From: the human T2T-CHM13v2.0 reference genome, Homo sapiens
NCBI RefSeq assembly: GCF_009914755.1
Contig: NC_060927.1
DNA: 64,000 nt
Strand: one strand, 5' to 3'
Position numbers and translations under genes: made by a program
Shown: piece by piece, positions 30,883 through 46,052 of the stretch
Position numbering within the stretch: position 1 is the first letter of the stretch
How the letters are laid out: every line of letters starts with the position of its first letter
The notes under the pieces: model-generated
The model's input: only the letters and a program-made list of their open reading frames with translations
Told to the model about the DNA's origin: nothing
Database searches by the model: none

Positions 30883-31030
30883 CTGCTGCTTTAATTGATG
30901 TACTAGTCGGTCTTTTTCCCGCTTGAGGGCCATGACTTCTTCCTGCGTCTTTTTCTTTTTGGAGGCAGACAATTCCAGCAAGGCAATGTTTGCATCTTTT
31001 TCACTGATGGCTGCAAGTAGTGCTTCCTGT
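30883..31030 (-). CDS. ERC2: Internal coding exon of ERC2 (CAST1/ELKS2), C-terminal coiled-coil region; 148 nt, starts in phase 2, ends in phase 0
   Basis: Minus strand reads ...ctttattttaccAG|A CAG GAA GCA...CAG CAG|GTgggg. One nt plus 49 codons gives QEALLAAISEKDANIALLELSASKKKKTQEEVMALKREKDRLVHQLKQQ, which I recognise as ERC2 (SASKKKK, VMAL, VHQ distinguish it from ERC1 as I recall). Acceptor AG at 31032-31031 follows a pyrimidine-rich tract; donor GT at 30882-30881. Confidence 0.93.
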
Positions 31031-31370
31031 CTGGTAAAATAAAGATTATTGAGATCATTTTTGTAAAATAAAAAAAAAAACAAACAATTGGCATTTATAG
31101 TTGAAATGAACCACAGAGTATTGTCTCAATGGAAAGAAATTATGAATACTACTTAAAACAAACTAGCTCTTTGGCTTTCAGAATGGACAAAGTAGTTTGG
31201 GTCAGAATCCCTGAGACTGCACACTGCAGCCACTGAGAGAGGAATCTTTTAATGGCTTCACATGTTATAAATGGGAAGGGACAAATCTGAGCATTCATTG
31301 CTGACACATTTATCCACCCATCCAACCAAACATACATATATTCATCTATCCATCCATCAATTTGCCAAGA

Positions 31371-31810
31371 GTCTTAGTCTGTTTTCTGTTGTTACAAAGT
31401 AATGTCTGAGACTGCATAATTTATAAAGAAAAGATGTTTATTTGGCTCATGATTCTGGAGATTGGGAAGTTTAAGGGCATGGTGGTAGCTTCCAGCAAGG
31501 GCTTTTGTACTAACATGGCAAGAAAAGTAGAAGGACAAGTGAGCAAGTGTGAAAGAGACCAAAGTAGAAGGACAAGTGAGCAAGCGTGAAAGAGACCACA
31601 AGATCAAGCAAAGCTTCCTTTTATAACAACCTGCTCTCTCAAGAACTAATTCACTCCTGAGACAAGATAATTAGTCCATTTGTGAGGGCTCCACCCTCAT
31701 GATCCTCATGATCTAAGCACCCCTTAATGCCCCTGCCTTTTAATACTGTTATATTGGTAATTAAGTTTCCATCATATGAACTTTTGGGGGATACATTCAA
31801 ACTATAGCAC
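31371..31810 (-). mobile_element. MaLR solo LTR (MST family) with an internal 37-bp tandem duplication
   Basis: gtcttagtctgttttctgttg...tttatttggctcatgattctgg...ggggatacattcaaactatagca. Confidence 0.8.
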
Positions 31811-31984
31811 CAAGTAAGCTTCTAGATACTCTGCGAAAACCCCCCCAAAACTGGGTAGCAATTTCACCTATTACTTTTTTAATGCAAGATTTTCTTTTGA
31901 AGGCAGGCAGAGAAATTTACTGGAAACCCTGTTCTATTTTCAATGCATTTAGTGATGCTCCTTTGCCATCCCACCAAAAACGAT

Positions 31985-32780
31985 TACTTCCTCAGCCTTC
32001 CTTATTTCAGTAATTACACTACCATCCACTAAGTAGTGCAAACCCTGAACTTAGAAGTCATCCCTGAGCTCTTTCCTTCTTTCTCTATCCAGAGCCAATC
32101 CACTGACAACTTCAGTAGGTTTTACTTGAAAGTATGCCCCTTATCTAAACTCATGCACTACTATAAAAACATCTACGAACCATCAGCATCACTCACTGGG
32201 GACCACTACAAAAGCTTACTCATTGATCTCTCTGGTAAAGAGAGTAAAGTCATCTTTCAAAACATTATAAGCCCAGATTCCACCATTCTATTGTGTAAAG
32301 ATCCATTGCATCACTCTTTAGACTTGAAATCCAGACCTTTTATTGATGCTTGCAACACATTACGCTAATCAGCCATGACAACCTCTCTGAGGGCCTCTGT
32401 TCCTCTTCTCCTTCCTCAATCATTAGGCTCCAGCACATTTCGTTCCAGGTCTCTGCTAGTCCTCAAAAATGTTACCCTTGTCCCCTCACATCACAGGCTT
32501 TGCCTTTCTATGCTTTTGCCTCACACAGCTCTTATCTTCCAGGTCTGTGACTGACCACTGACTTAGACCACCTCATGTCCAAGTCGGTCATCTGTCACAT
32601 TACACTACTTCATTTTTTTTATAGAACTCTTTGCCATTTGATAGCATCTTATTTATTATTTGCTTTCTAGACTTGACGCTCCATGAAATTGGGACCTCAT
32701 CGATCTTGTGCACCACCAATTCTCAAGCTTCTAGAAGATCCCTCAGCACATAGCGAGTGCTCAAAAATGTTAGTTCAAGG
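31985..32780 (+). mobile_element. L2 LINE fragment
   Basis: ttccttatttcagtaattacactaccatccac...cagcacatagcgagtgctcaaaaatgtt. Boundaries approximate. Confidence 0.6.
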
Positions 32781-33832
32781 AAGAGGTAAGTTCATTTTTT
32801 ACTTTTTACAGACTTTTAAAGATATCACCAGACACCTCTTCCTCTCATTTAAAAAAAATTAGAATGCTTTGCTTCCTGCTTAACCTACAGTCATCGCTTA
32901 TTCAAAAAGTTTTAAAGTTGCCTCCTTCAATCTTTACAGTATAATTTTATGACCACATCTGTCACAAATTTTAACCTGGAATTTTCTGGGATGATTTTTG
33001 CGTAGGAAATAGCTCTCCTGGGTGTGTTTCACTGAATCTTCCTTTCCACTGGGAAAGTCTTATCTCCACCATTTGTGTCTCTTCTGAAACATTCTAGACA
33101 CTTTGGAAGACCCCACAGCCCCAAGGAAGCCTCCACATTGGGAACTTCCCTCGCACACAAGGCCCAGGACTAAAACCTGGTCATGATCCTGTTTTGCCTT
33201 TCTTTAATCTCCATCACCAGACCAGGCCCTCTCCAGATGTTTGGACAAGGTGGTCATTATTTGGATCTCAGATTATTCCCCTTTTCACTGCAGGGATTTA
33301 TATGGAGTTTTCTGGGCCCCACTAATGCCTGGTAGTAGGAGCTTCTGTTTGAAGCTCACGCAGATGTGTGAGCAGCAGAACATGTCAGGAAATATCTCCA
33401 TTTTCCAGAAGAAAAGCAGTGCAGGCTGGACTACCGGCAGCAGCATTAATATCCAGCTTCACAGAGCCTGTCTGCCTTTGGATAACAGCTGAGACAATAG
33501 ACATGCTTGCGGCTCCCAGCCAGTGCATATTTATACAGAGGGCGAAGCTGAAGAGGCTATACAGACTTTAAATCGGGGAGAGCCTATTTGCTATCTGCTA
33601 TTCCAAACTTTAGCTACAACACACAAGGTGACTGCAATATTTTATCCCCTCTGTTGCAAACTGAAATATCTAAGTGAAGCTTTTTTAATGAAAACAAACT
33701 AAAGGACCGATATTAGGAAAATTGGGGATTGGAGGTAAATTGACTACACCTCTACAACGGCATCTTTACAGACATATGCAGGTATTTAAAATGCTGATTA
33801 AAAAACCTTAGTGATGTGAAAATATTTATGTT

Positions 33833-34329
33833 TGTTGAGAAACAATTCTCTATGAGTCTCTCATGTTTCTGTACATTTTACAAGCACAGGCACTATTTTC
33901 TTTTATGACAAACTTTCAAGGCCGTTTGTATAGTGACTAGCTTTGAAAGACAGAGGTGGTATTTCTTTTTGGATCAAAGGGAAGACACGCTTACTGCCCC
34001 ATATAATAGTGTCTCCTTCCAGAGCAAAAGGCAGGCATGTTACTGCCCATTATAAAATATTCAGATTCTCTAATCTCAGGGTTGCCCTCCTATAATACAA
34101 ATGACTACATGTATGTGTTCATCCAGTCCATCCGACTGGCCTCCATGGGACTTGGAGCTAGGAAAATTGACACAAATATACTAATTCTTCACTCTGTGCC
34201 ATGAGCAATAAAGTCCTTTATCTTTGGCCCAGAAGTCTCTTGTCATCTGCCTGCATCCATGGAACTGAGGCAGGCTAACTTGTTAGGATGCCAGTAGGGA
34301 AGATCTCAGACCCTTCATAGTTTTCGACA
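33833..34329 (+). mobile_element. ERV solo LTR (ERVL class, MER54-like; family uncertain)
   Basis: TG...CA termini (tgttgagaa...ttttcgaca), internal AATAAA near 34207, U5-like ggctaacttgttag...tctcagacccttca. Confidence 0.65.
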
Positions 34330-34875
34330 TACAAATGTATATATATCCAAGATAATCCCTAAAACATAAAGCTATACTCATAGGAAAAAACAAGGACAGG
34401 AAGGAAGTATACCAAAATGATAATAATCACCATTTCAAGGTGACAGGATGAATAAGACATTTTTTAACTTTTTTCTGCTTATACTTTTAAGCATTATTCT
34501 TAGAAAATATCCTAAGAGTAAACATTTAAAACTTGTAAGTTAAGCTTTCGGTCATCAAGTAAACAGCAGGTACATGGTTCAAAATCTTAGCAGGTATATA
34601 ATTTGCTCATTTTCCCACCCAGGCTATCTATAATATGTTCTGTCTGTCCTTCCATTCTTCATGCACAGATAGGCACACACACATATTTTCACACACACAC
34701 AATGTCTGATACAATCTACATCATCTACCACTTGGAAAACTGTAGTAGTCTCCGAACCAGACTCCCTGTGTCTACTTTCAGCCTGCTTTAACCCATTTTC
34801 CTTTTCTACGTCAAAATTTGAGATTATATAGCTTTAATCACTGTCAAAAGTCATCATCAACCAAAAAACAATCAT

Positions 34876-36152
34876 TTTTTAAAATTATTTTACTTTAAGT
34901 TCTGGTGCACATGTGCAGAATGTGCAGGTTTGTTACATAGATATATACATGCCATGGTGGTTTGCTGCACCCATTAACCCATCATCTACATTAGGTATTT
35001 CCCTAATGCTCTCCCTCCACTAGCCCACCAACCCCTGACAGGCCCCAGTGTGTGATGTTCCCCTCCCTGTGTCCATGTGTTCTCATTGTTCAACTCCCAC
35101 CTATGAGTGAGAACATGCGGTGTTTGGTTTTCTGTTCTTGTGTTAGTTTGCTGAGAATGATGGTTTCCAGCTTCATCCATGTCCCTGCAAAGGACATGAG
35201 CTCATCTTTTTTATGGCTGCATACTATTCCATGGTGTATATGTGCCACATTTTCTTTATCCAGTCTATCATTGATGGGCATTTGGGTTGGTCCCAAGTCT
35301 TTGCTATTGTGAATAGTGCCGCAATAAACATACATGTGCATGTGTCTTTATTGTAGAATGATTTATAATCCTTTGGGTATATACCCAGTAATGGGATTGC
35401 TGGGTCAAATGGTATTTCTGGTTCTAGATCCTTGAGGAATCGCCACACCGTCTTCCACAATGGTTGAACTAATTTACACTCCCACCAACAGTGCAAAAGC
35501 CTTCCTATTTCTCCACATCCTCTCCAGCATCTGTTGTTTCCTGACTTTTTAATGATCGCCATTCTAACTGGTGTGAGATAGTACGTCATTGTGGTTTTGA
35601 TTTGCATTTCTCTGATGACCAGTGATGATGAGCTTTTTTGAATATGTTTGTTGGCTGCATAAATGTCTGCTTTTGAGAAGTGTCTGTTCATATCCTTTGC
35701 CCACTTTTTGTTGGGGTTGTTTTTTTTCTTGTAAATTTATTTAAGTTCTTTGTAGAATCTGGATATTAGTCCTTTGTCAGGTGGGTAGATTGCAAAAATT
35801 TTCTCCCATTCTGTAGGTTGCCTGTTCACTCTGACGATAGTTTCTTTTGCTGTGCAAAAGCTCTTTAGTTTAATTAGATCCCATTTGTCAATTTTGGCTT
35901 TTGTTGCCATTGCTTTTGGTGTTTTCGTTATGAAGTCTTTGCTCATGCCTATGTCCTTAATGGTATTGCCTAGGTTTTCTTCTAGAGTTTTTATGGTTTT
36001 AGGTCTTACATTTCAGTCTTTAATCCATCTTGAATTAATTTTTGTACAAGGTGTAAGGAAGGGGTTCAGTTTCAGTTTCCTGCATGTGGCTAGCCAGGCT
36101 TCCCAACACCATTTGTTAAATAGGGAATCCTTTCCCCATTGCTTGTTTTTGT
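34876..36152 (-). mobile_element. 5'-truncated primate L1PA (PA7/PA8-like): 3' UTR plus ORF2 C-terminus, same orientation as ERC2
   Basis: Broken ORF2 pieces in the ORF track (35737-35946, 35224-35691, 35090-35341); 3' UTR catgtgcagaatgtgcaggtttgttacat. Confidence 0.93.
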
Positions 36153-36928
36153 GTATGATTCTAAAATTTAGGCTTTTAAGCTTTAACACTTATTTATCCT
36201 CTCATAATACCATAAAAAATCCCAATGAATTAATTTCTAATTCTCACTTTACTGTCAGAGAAAAACATATATCAATTTCTAATTCTCTATAAATGTCATT
36301 AAATACAGTTCCAAGTCAAATTAGCCTTAATTATCAAATCTCAAAGTACATTTAAAATCTTTTTAATAAAATTACATTTAAAGCCACTCACCAACCTTAA
36401 ATTAATATTCATATAAAATAATCTAGTTTGCTCTTTGTAACCTTCTCCTTATTGTATTTTTGTTTTATTTTGTTTTGCTTTTGGCTAACAAATCTATTTT
36501 TATAGATATTGGCATTATATAATCATAGAACTCTAAATAAAATTAGTGTAACTAAGATTATCTATATTTTGAAACCCTCATTTAAATACTGGCCATAAAC
36601 TAATGATATTTTCCCCAAAAATACCTTGATTGAGATCTACATTCAATAATTCTAGTCCATTTAAATCAAAGGGTCATTAGTATAAGATAAAAAGGTATAT
36701 AAAACTAGAGAAATAAGAACATTTCATACTTCAGGATATTTGGCAAGGTATTCTGAATATGTTAAGGCTTATCTGGCTATTACCTATTTGTATAGATTTG
36801 GCAGGCCTAGAATTAAACTAAATCTTAATTCCAGGCTAACAGAGCCATTGAATTTGGTTTTTGAAGCAAGAAGTTTTTAAAACTGAGTTAAAATACCTCT
36901 TTCTTAAGCTAATAGAATTTAGCTAAGA

Positions 36929-37158
36929 CAGGTTGAACATCCCAAATCCAAAAACCCCAAATCCAAAGTACTCCAAAATCCTAGATGCTTTGAGCACCAA
37001 CAGGACATTCAAAGACAATGCTCATTGCAGCGTTCTGGATTTTTGGATTTGAGACACTCAGTTGGTAAGTGTAATACAAATATTCCAAAATCTGAAAAAA
37101 ATATGAAATCTGAAATACTTCTGGTCCCAAGCATTCCAGATGAGGGATACTCAACCTG
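36929..37158. mobile_element. Tigger4a/MER46A Tc-mariner MITE
   Basis: Terminal inverted repeats caggttgaacatccc / gggatactcaacctg followed by TA; internal aaatcc/ggattt repeats. Confidence 0.8.
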
Positions 37159-40001
37159 TAATTTAAATCACTGTGAGCTAATTATGTATAGTTATGGGTT
37201 TTCATTATCCCTGCCTTAAAGGTCAGATTTGTTTTGAGGATGGGTATACTGAATATAATTTTATAAAAACGAATTTCATTTTGCTATCCCTACGTCAGAT
37301 TCTACACTTTCACAGTTCCCATGAGCCAATTTGCTGATACATTGGCAGAAATCACCTACCAAGAAAATCACATTGAAATAGATTAGGAAGCTTACATTAA
37401 ATATCCTTGCTTTTTTTTTTCTCGCGGCAAATTTTGGTCCAGCCATTGAAAAACTGGAAAAACTAAAATACCACCAGTTCTGATGCACCACTTTTTTTTA
37501 AAGGCTCAAGTTTAAAGAGTATACCAGTGACAAGACACTTGGATATAAACCGGAAACAGAAAAATCATTATTTTCCCCAATGAAAGCATTACCTTCTAGA
37601 ATCAAGACCAGATTTATATTGCTTCAGAAATTATTACTGTCCCATCAACCTGAAGAGAGTTCCATAAGCCTGAAATCATGTTCAATCTATCCCTTTTGCC
37701 TTTTTACAGACAACACGGAAAGTACATATATGCCCATTCTTAGACAGTTAGTAGGTTTAAGTATATACCAAAGGCTTGCAAAACTATCTTGAGAACATTG
37801 CCATCCTCAAGTACCAATTACTAAGGTGATCTGTCTATGCCCCAAAATGTAGCTTAAAATATGAAAAGGAAGCCCACATATACTAGGAAGGAAGATAAGA
37901 TAATGTGAAGAGAAATAAATCTATAAAAGTCTGCTGAATGCCAAGCTAAGAAAGTGTATCATAGACAGCATTTTATCAACGTGCAGCCTAAACAAATGTC
38001 AAGGGGAATAATTTCTTTAACAAATATGGGCAACAATAGAGGAAAAAAGGGGGAAATTCTGTGCCCTGTCATACATTTAGTCAGGATTAACAGTGGATAA
38101 AAATATGTGCAAGAACACATTTAATAACCCTAAACTGTCATTCAGTGTGTAGGAGGTAGTCAAGATACAGCTAATAAAACACCAAAAAAAATGGTTTTAG
38201 CCACCCTGAAAAAAAAAAAAACAAAACCTTCCATGGAATAAAACAAAACAGGGCTGAAGGGCATCTCCTGCCAAGATAAATGCCTTCTTTTGAGTGTCGC
38301 CTGTGGCTAGCCCTCACAAAGAGAGTTCCAGGATCCTCTGATGGTAATACATGGCTACCTCACTTATCACAGTCCATTTAAAAGGGAGCTTTGTAAACAT
38401 TTCTACTTCACTCCCCATTGCTGTCGTTCTATTAATGATGATTTGAGCTCTGAAAGAGGATCTAAAATTAATTTCAGGAGTTGCAAATGAGGCAGGCCAA
38501 TTAGGAACTATTACAAATTGGATTTGGGAAGAAGCATTAACACATTGTTTCTTGTGGGTTCTTGTTTTAGTTAGCTGACCCATCTTTAGGAATGCATTCA
38601 ATTACAAAAGCAGATGCTTAAAAAATGCATTCCATTAAGAATGTTTGGATAATGACATATAAGAGAAAGCCTACATTATGTATGGTGCTTAGCCCAGGCA
38701 GTCATGTTCTAATCATATTGTGGGGGGAAAAAGTCCGCTCAATCAACTTTTCTCAGCTAATTACTATTTTCTTTCCCTCATGACCCTGAATATTCAACTG
38801 TAAGTTCAGTAGGAGGTGACTTCAGACAGATGGTGACGAAAGATCCTATTCAAAACAGCCTCTCTCTCACCCTTGGGGTGAGGGTTGGGTGGAGATAGAT
38901 GTTCATTTGCCTAAATTTTAAAAGCTGTGTTTTCAAATGGCATCTTGAGAAAGAAAAGTTCTTTGATATCAATTAATATCAACCCTACCCACCAGCAGAA
39001 TGATGTATGATATATGCAGAAGGGGCCATGCAGAAAGCAAAGCAGCTCACATGAGGTGGGGCCCACAGGGTGAGATATATTTGAACAAGCATGAGTTTCA
39101 GTAAGGACAAAGAACAGACCAGATTCGTAAAGGCCAGGCTTTGGCAGCCCAGACTTCTTAATGTGGTTTGCTCCCTGTTGCCCACCTAAAACTGACCTCA
39201 AAAAAATAGTTTACTCCAATTACGGAGAATTCTGTCTTTGAAACCTAATAGCACATGACTGGAATTTCCTAACACGGGGGCCATGGAGTCTTGTGGAAGT
39301 TCTTTACTCTAAGCACCAGCTTCTACCCTGTTCCTTGCTCAGTGCATGAGCCAGGGAGGTGGCTGGCCCATCCGGCGGTTCCTCCAGTTTCTCCAACTGG
39401 ACCAGAACACTCTCAAGTGCCAACGTCATGTGCTTCAGGGCACTAAGAGGGCAAATGCCAGCATCATTTGGCATCCTGCTACAAATCAGTAAGTCTGAAG
39501 CCAACTGATTTTCCCACATAGAAAAGGTCCAAGGCCAGAGGAGGAGTGCCAGGAAGAGCTATTCCCCCTATTCTAAATGTTTCTCTTGAATCCTGTCCTT
39601 CTAGAGAATTGATAAAAAGGCAATGAAGGATGGGAGGGACCATTGTCCCAGGTCTTGGCAGTGGACATGTGTGAGGCATTGCTCATTACTATGTGCCTGA
39701 TCCACCAAAAAAAAAAAAAAAAAAAAAGAAACAAGAAAAAAAGAAAATACTTCTTTTGAGCACTTTAGCCTATTATGATTTTTTAAAAAACATACCCACA
39801 CAAATGAAATATTACTCAAGTTTTTAAGAGGAGGAGGTACTGATCTTTATTTAGTGCTGGGGCTTTGGAAGCAAATGTACCTGAGTTTGAATCTCAGGGA
39901 TAACCTTTTGACTGTGGCCCTGGGTAAGTTACTCACTGTCTCTGAAACTTCAAGTTCCTCATAAATAACCTAAGATGGACAATCATAACTCTCTCTTGGA
40001 T

Positions 40002-40974
<973 letters not shown>

Positions 40975-42356
40975 GGATCATCGTGAGAATTAAGGGATCA
41001 CGCATGTAAAGATTTTGTTCAGTGCCTGAGATGACCACACAAGAAATGCTAGCATTTGCTTATTAAATGACACAGACCCCACCAAAGTTAAAGATTCAAA
41101 GGTTTTGCATTACTTTCTATGAGCTCCCCTTTATAGTGAATATATCTAAACATGCTCACTGGTCTCTTACTTTCAAGACAAACTTTCAGAGAGGCCTTTA
41201 AAATTGGTTTCTGTTAAGCTGCACGTTTGACTTTCATGAGTTGACATCTGCTCCATAAACAGACATAAAGAAGAAAACAGACTTTGGAGAGGAGTCTGCT
41301 GACCACAGAAGAGTTGCATCCCAGACAAGCCAGGCTTGACTTGGTCTATAACTGTCCAATATCATTCCATCCAAATTGATAGGAAAGGCCACGTGGGAAA
41401 TAGGCAAGACATGATGTCACATAGTTTAAGAAACTGAGAAATGGAAATGTGTTCTGAAAGGCGACTTTTAAAAAGTCAAAGTCAAGTGCAAAATCAAACA
41501 AATTCAAAATAAAAGATTCTTCCATTGGAAAAAAATATTTTAAAAAATTGGTAAATCTAGGAAGCAGGGAGGGTGAGTGAAATGAAGGGACTTCCATGAC
41601 ATACTGCAATACCCTCTGTTAGTGGTAATGTTAGATGATGGTGCTTGGTCATTCTTGTTATTCCCGTTCAGTAATAAGAAAGCCTCTCTGTTGACCATTC
41701 AATTCTGCCAAGGTAGCTTTCTATGTGAAATACACCTAACCAGAATCTCTGGCAGGTTATAGATGAGTGATAATGAGAAAACCAAATACATCTGGACTTC
41801 ACTGCAGGACAGAGCTTTGTCCAGTATCTGCCTAAACTAAACCTATTGTCCATGGGTGATCAGTTACTGTCAAGAGACTGTCGTATTGCATTAACTTTTT
41901 GGTTGGAAATGAGTAACTACCAGAAAATAGGTCACTGACATCAAGGCTTAGCCCCCATAGCATCCAATCAATTATTTTTTTCTTATTGGTGAAGTGAGGT
42001 TATGTGTGTGTATATATGTAAGTCTCTCTAAAAACAATATGTTTTAATTTCGCCTCTATTGTATATTTAAAGCTGCTAATATTTATTTCTCAGTCTTTGC
42101 ACAGAGCAGCAAATTGTCCGCCTACATCTTGAACTACATATTTCCCTTCTTAATTTGAATATTTTGTGTTAAATCAAACCTTCCATTGTTTATGTTTACA
42201 TGGAATAGAACATTCCCACAGGCTAAATTGTAATACAAAACAAAACAGATCATCATGCCATTGCTGTGAGAAGAATATGTGCAGAAGGGGGCACATTCTG
42301 GAATTCTGTTAGCGCAACATTCAAATAAAATTGAATTAAGGTTCTGTGGAGTGGAT

Positions 42357-42655
<299 letters not shown>

Positions 42656-44544
42656 TGGAGTGGATCTTTGTAGAGAGAAAAACATAAAAGTGAGTTTATT
42701 GGAGGCAGCTCCTTTGAGAGAGTTTTAATTCATGAGAAGGGAAAAGGCAGTTGTGCTTCTGCAAAGGAGAAGGAAACACAGGGTGGCATGTCTGTGTGTG
42801 CTGCAGGTGATGGTGGTAGCCAGGCAAAGGGCAGGTTTCTGCGAGGGGCAGGAAGGTCTGATCCCTTCTGGGAGAGGGGCTAAACAGATTCCCATCTGTT
42901 CTTCAAAGCTGTTGATTCAATGTTAATCAAAGCTGTTCTCCCTTGTTGTGCCTGCCACAGAGCTGGACAGCAATTCAAGACAACCTAGAGGAGACATTTT
43001 GGGAGGGTGAAGGAAACTGATGGCTTTTAAGGCATCCTCAAAGATGCTCAAAGATGCAATTCTTCATGTAAATGTCTAAATTACTTTGTGAAGTCTGGAT
43101 TTTAGGTCTGCCATCTTGTGGCCATTGCAATAAATATTGCCCTTTTCAATTTTTTTCTGTAGTTACATCTCTAATAATCTATATTCAGAAAAGGTACCAG
43201 AAAGAATGCTTATTTAAAAAAATAAACATTACACATGGGAGAGAGATCCATGATTCAGGGGGAGCTAGGACATTTCATATTCAAATCCCCATTCTGCTGA
43301 CATTTTTCATTCTTTGACTAAAGTCTAGTTTCAAATAATTAGCTATCAAATTATCATTTAATACAGGATTGGGACTACTAAGAAGTCAGTTAAGAGGTGA
43401 CAGGGAAGTTTTAGGTGCCTGTTTTTTTTTTAAAGAGGTCATTTAATGGACACAGAGTTTCTTCCAAATGAATGACAGTCTCAGCATTTCTGTACTTGCC
43501 ATACATTTGCTAAGAGAACACCCAGAATAAAATAGATTGTCAAACCAAAGGGGGCTTCATACCTGAAAACTAAGGGAAATTGCTTTTCTGGAAATAACTG
43601 AAAGTCCAAATGAGTGAGATTAGAAATACTTTATTCCACGCCGTAAGGAAAAGAAATGAGACAAAATTTATAATAGTCCTGTGTTGGGAAGAAATGGTTA
43701 AAACGCCACTATGAAAACACACTAAGCCTATCTAATGCACACTCATTAATCATGATCTTGTTGATTGTGTCAACAGAACAGAAAGCAAATACATGTGGCC
43801 ATTGCCTTTGCAAAGTTTCACCAATGCATCACAGCCTTCAAATGAAGAGGAGGCACAAGAGCATACTCAATGACCACAAATTAATTTCAGAGCCCAAGTT
43901 ACAGAAGTATAGAACTATGCGTCTACATACATACACCTGAAGCCTTGCACTGCTAAGCAACGGTTCAAAAGACAGGCCAAACAAAGAGCTGCAAGACTCA
44001 GCTTATGTATTCCTAAATTATAAAAAGTTATATTTGTTAGTTACCTGAAAGTTCTGGACTCATGAATACAATTTGTGGGATGCTACTGGAGTGCTCCTTC
44101 CCAGAGTTTGAAGGAACCTGAAACCAGACAGCAGCTGCAGAAGGAAAGGGTCTGGTAAACTACCTGGAGGAGCTCCACATCTGGAAAGAATCGCAAGGGA
44201 GCCAGCCCAAGAAACAATGGTATAGAAAGCAGTCTCAGATTTACAGGATGGGTGGCCTTGTGGCTCACAGAAGTGAAATTTCCACCCTGGGAGGAGCGAT
44301 TACTGGAAGCAGGAACATTTCAGATATGAAATTATGAACTCCAACCTGAAGCAGCTAAACTGAATATGTTCCTCTAGGGTGGCTATTTACTGGCCACATA
44401 AGCAAAAATAAACCATCCAGGTGGTCAGAGGCAGTTCATCAATTTCTCCAACTCATTCACCACATATTTACTGAGTGACCACTGTGTACCACGTACCAGG
44501 GATGAATGGGGACAAGCAAGACAGAAACCATCCCTGCTTCTCTA

Positions 44545-44617
44545 ACAGCAGAACTCAGAGACTGCTACCACAGCAGAACCCAGAGATTGCTACCACAGCA
44601 GAACCCAGAGATTGTCC
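44545..44617. repeat. 25-bp minisatellite, about 3 copies (acagcagaacccagagattgctacc)
   Basis: Units start at 44545, 44570 and 44595. Confidence 0.85.
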
Positions 44618-45537
44618 ACAGTCATGAGACAGACAGACCCTGTGATGATGCCACCAGACACAAAGAAACACCCTTCTATTACCATCATGAGCAAATGCTG
44701 GATCATCAGCAATACCGTGCAAAGAAGATATCCCTGAATCCTGTTTCCCAATTCAAATGCTGGGCAAAGAATCCATGTGGCATTTCCCTCTGCATGTATC
44801 AAATACTAGGATAATCAATTCAAAAGCTCCCTCCCAGCCCATCCTCTTCATCCCAAATGCCTAGTATAATCCAGTTGCAATCAGAAGCTCAAAATAAACA
44901 AATAAACAGAAACATGAAACCTCATAGTCATAGCTACTAGGCCGAATAATACGAAGTTCAAGTTCACTTTTTTATGGGTCAGAAACAATTGAATATCAGA
45001 AATTTTGTATGGTTCAACCCAATAGTCTTCCAAAATACAAGGAGTTTTATTGGTTTCTTTGTTTGCTTACAACACATGCCCATAGATCATTTTAAATCTT
45101 TATAATTTTATATCCTCAGAGATGTAAAAGGTTGAGGTAATTCCCTCTCCACAATATTCAACATACACCCAAGACTGACCACTAGAGGTAATTAACCCAG
45201 TCTGCAGAAGGCCTTTTGCACAAATTGGAGGTGGGGGAAGGAGGCCTAGGAACCCAGAGAAGTGACAGAACTCAGTCCTGTAAAAGAGGCCCCCAGGCCT
45301 GGAAAACCACTTAGTGAGAAAACATCCTGGTGACCAGACTCCAACCTGACACTGACTACCACTCCCTGCAATACCGATCTGTTGAATGCTGAGATCAGAC
45401 CATCTATCTCCCTGGACAACCTTGAGGCTTCCCAGCTCCACTGACCAACAACAAAGCACCCCTGCTTAGATTTGAACTTCAAGGCATGGGACATAAGGCA
45501 GGGGTCAAGGAAGAATGGGGCTGGAGAACCCTTAAGG

Positions 45538-46052
45538 TGAGAGGTGAGGCCAGCTGGACTTCCTGGGTTGAGTGGGGACTTGGGGAACTTTTCTGACAAG
45601 AGGATTGTAAAAAGCACCAATCAGGAACTTTTCTGTCTCACAAGAGGATTGTAAAATGCACCAATCAGTGCTCTGTAAAATGCACCAATCAGCGCTCTAT
45701 AAAACGCACCAATCAGTGCTCTGTGAAACACACCAATCAGCAGGATTCTAAAAGTAGCCAATTGCAGGGAGGATTGAAAAACGGGCACTCCGATAGGACA
45801 GAAACAGAACATGGGCGGGGACAATAAGGGAATAAAATCTGGCCACCCCAGCCAGCAGCGGCAACCCACTTGGGTCCCCTTCCACGCTGTGGAAGCTTTG
45901 TCCCTTCACTCTTCACAATAAACCTTGCTACTGCCCACTCTTTGGATCAGTGCCATCTTTAAGAGTTGTAACACTCACTGCGAAGGTCTACGACTTCATT
46001 CTTGAAGTCGGTGAGACCACGAACCCACCAGCAGGAGCCAACTCCGGACACA
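45538..46052 (+). mobile_element. LTR12 (ERV9; LTR12F-like) solo LTR
   Basis: tgagaggtgaggccagctggacttcctggg...ccaactccggacaca; 4-bp TSD AAGG at 45534-45537 and 46053-46056; tandem gcaccaatcag repeats, GC box, AATAAAA TATA-equivalent and poly(A) signal. Confidence 0.92.

Noticed and set aside
30814-31083. 89-aa ORF taken as a complete gene
   Set aside because: Only 30883-31030 is exon; the N-terminal part is the polypyrimidine tract and the tail is intron read-through.
35090-35946. ORF2-like ORFs on the minus strand
   Set aside because: Frameshifted or stopped fragments of a 5'-truncated L1PA, not a gene.
45601-45762. Regular 24-bp repeats superficially like a CRISPR or iteron array
   Set aside because: They are the native U3 CCAAT repeats of LTR12, with no unique spacers; the DNA is human.
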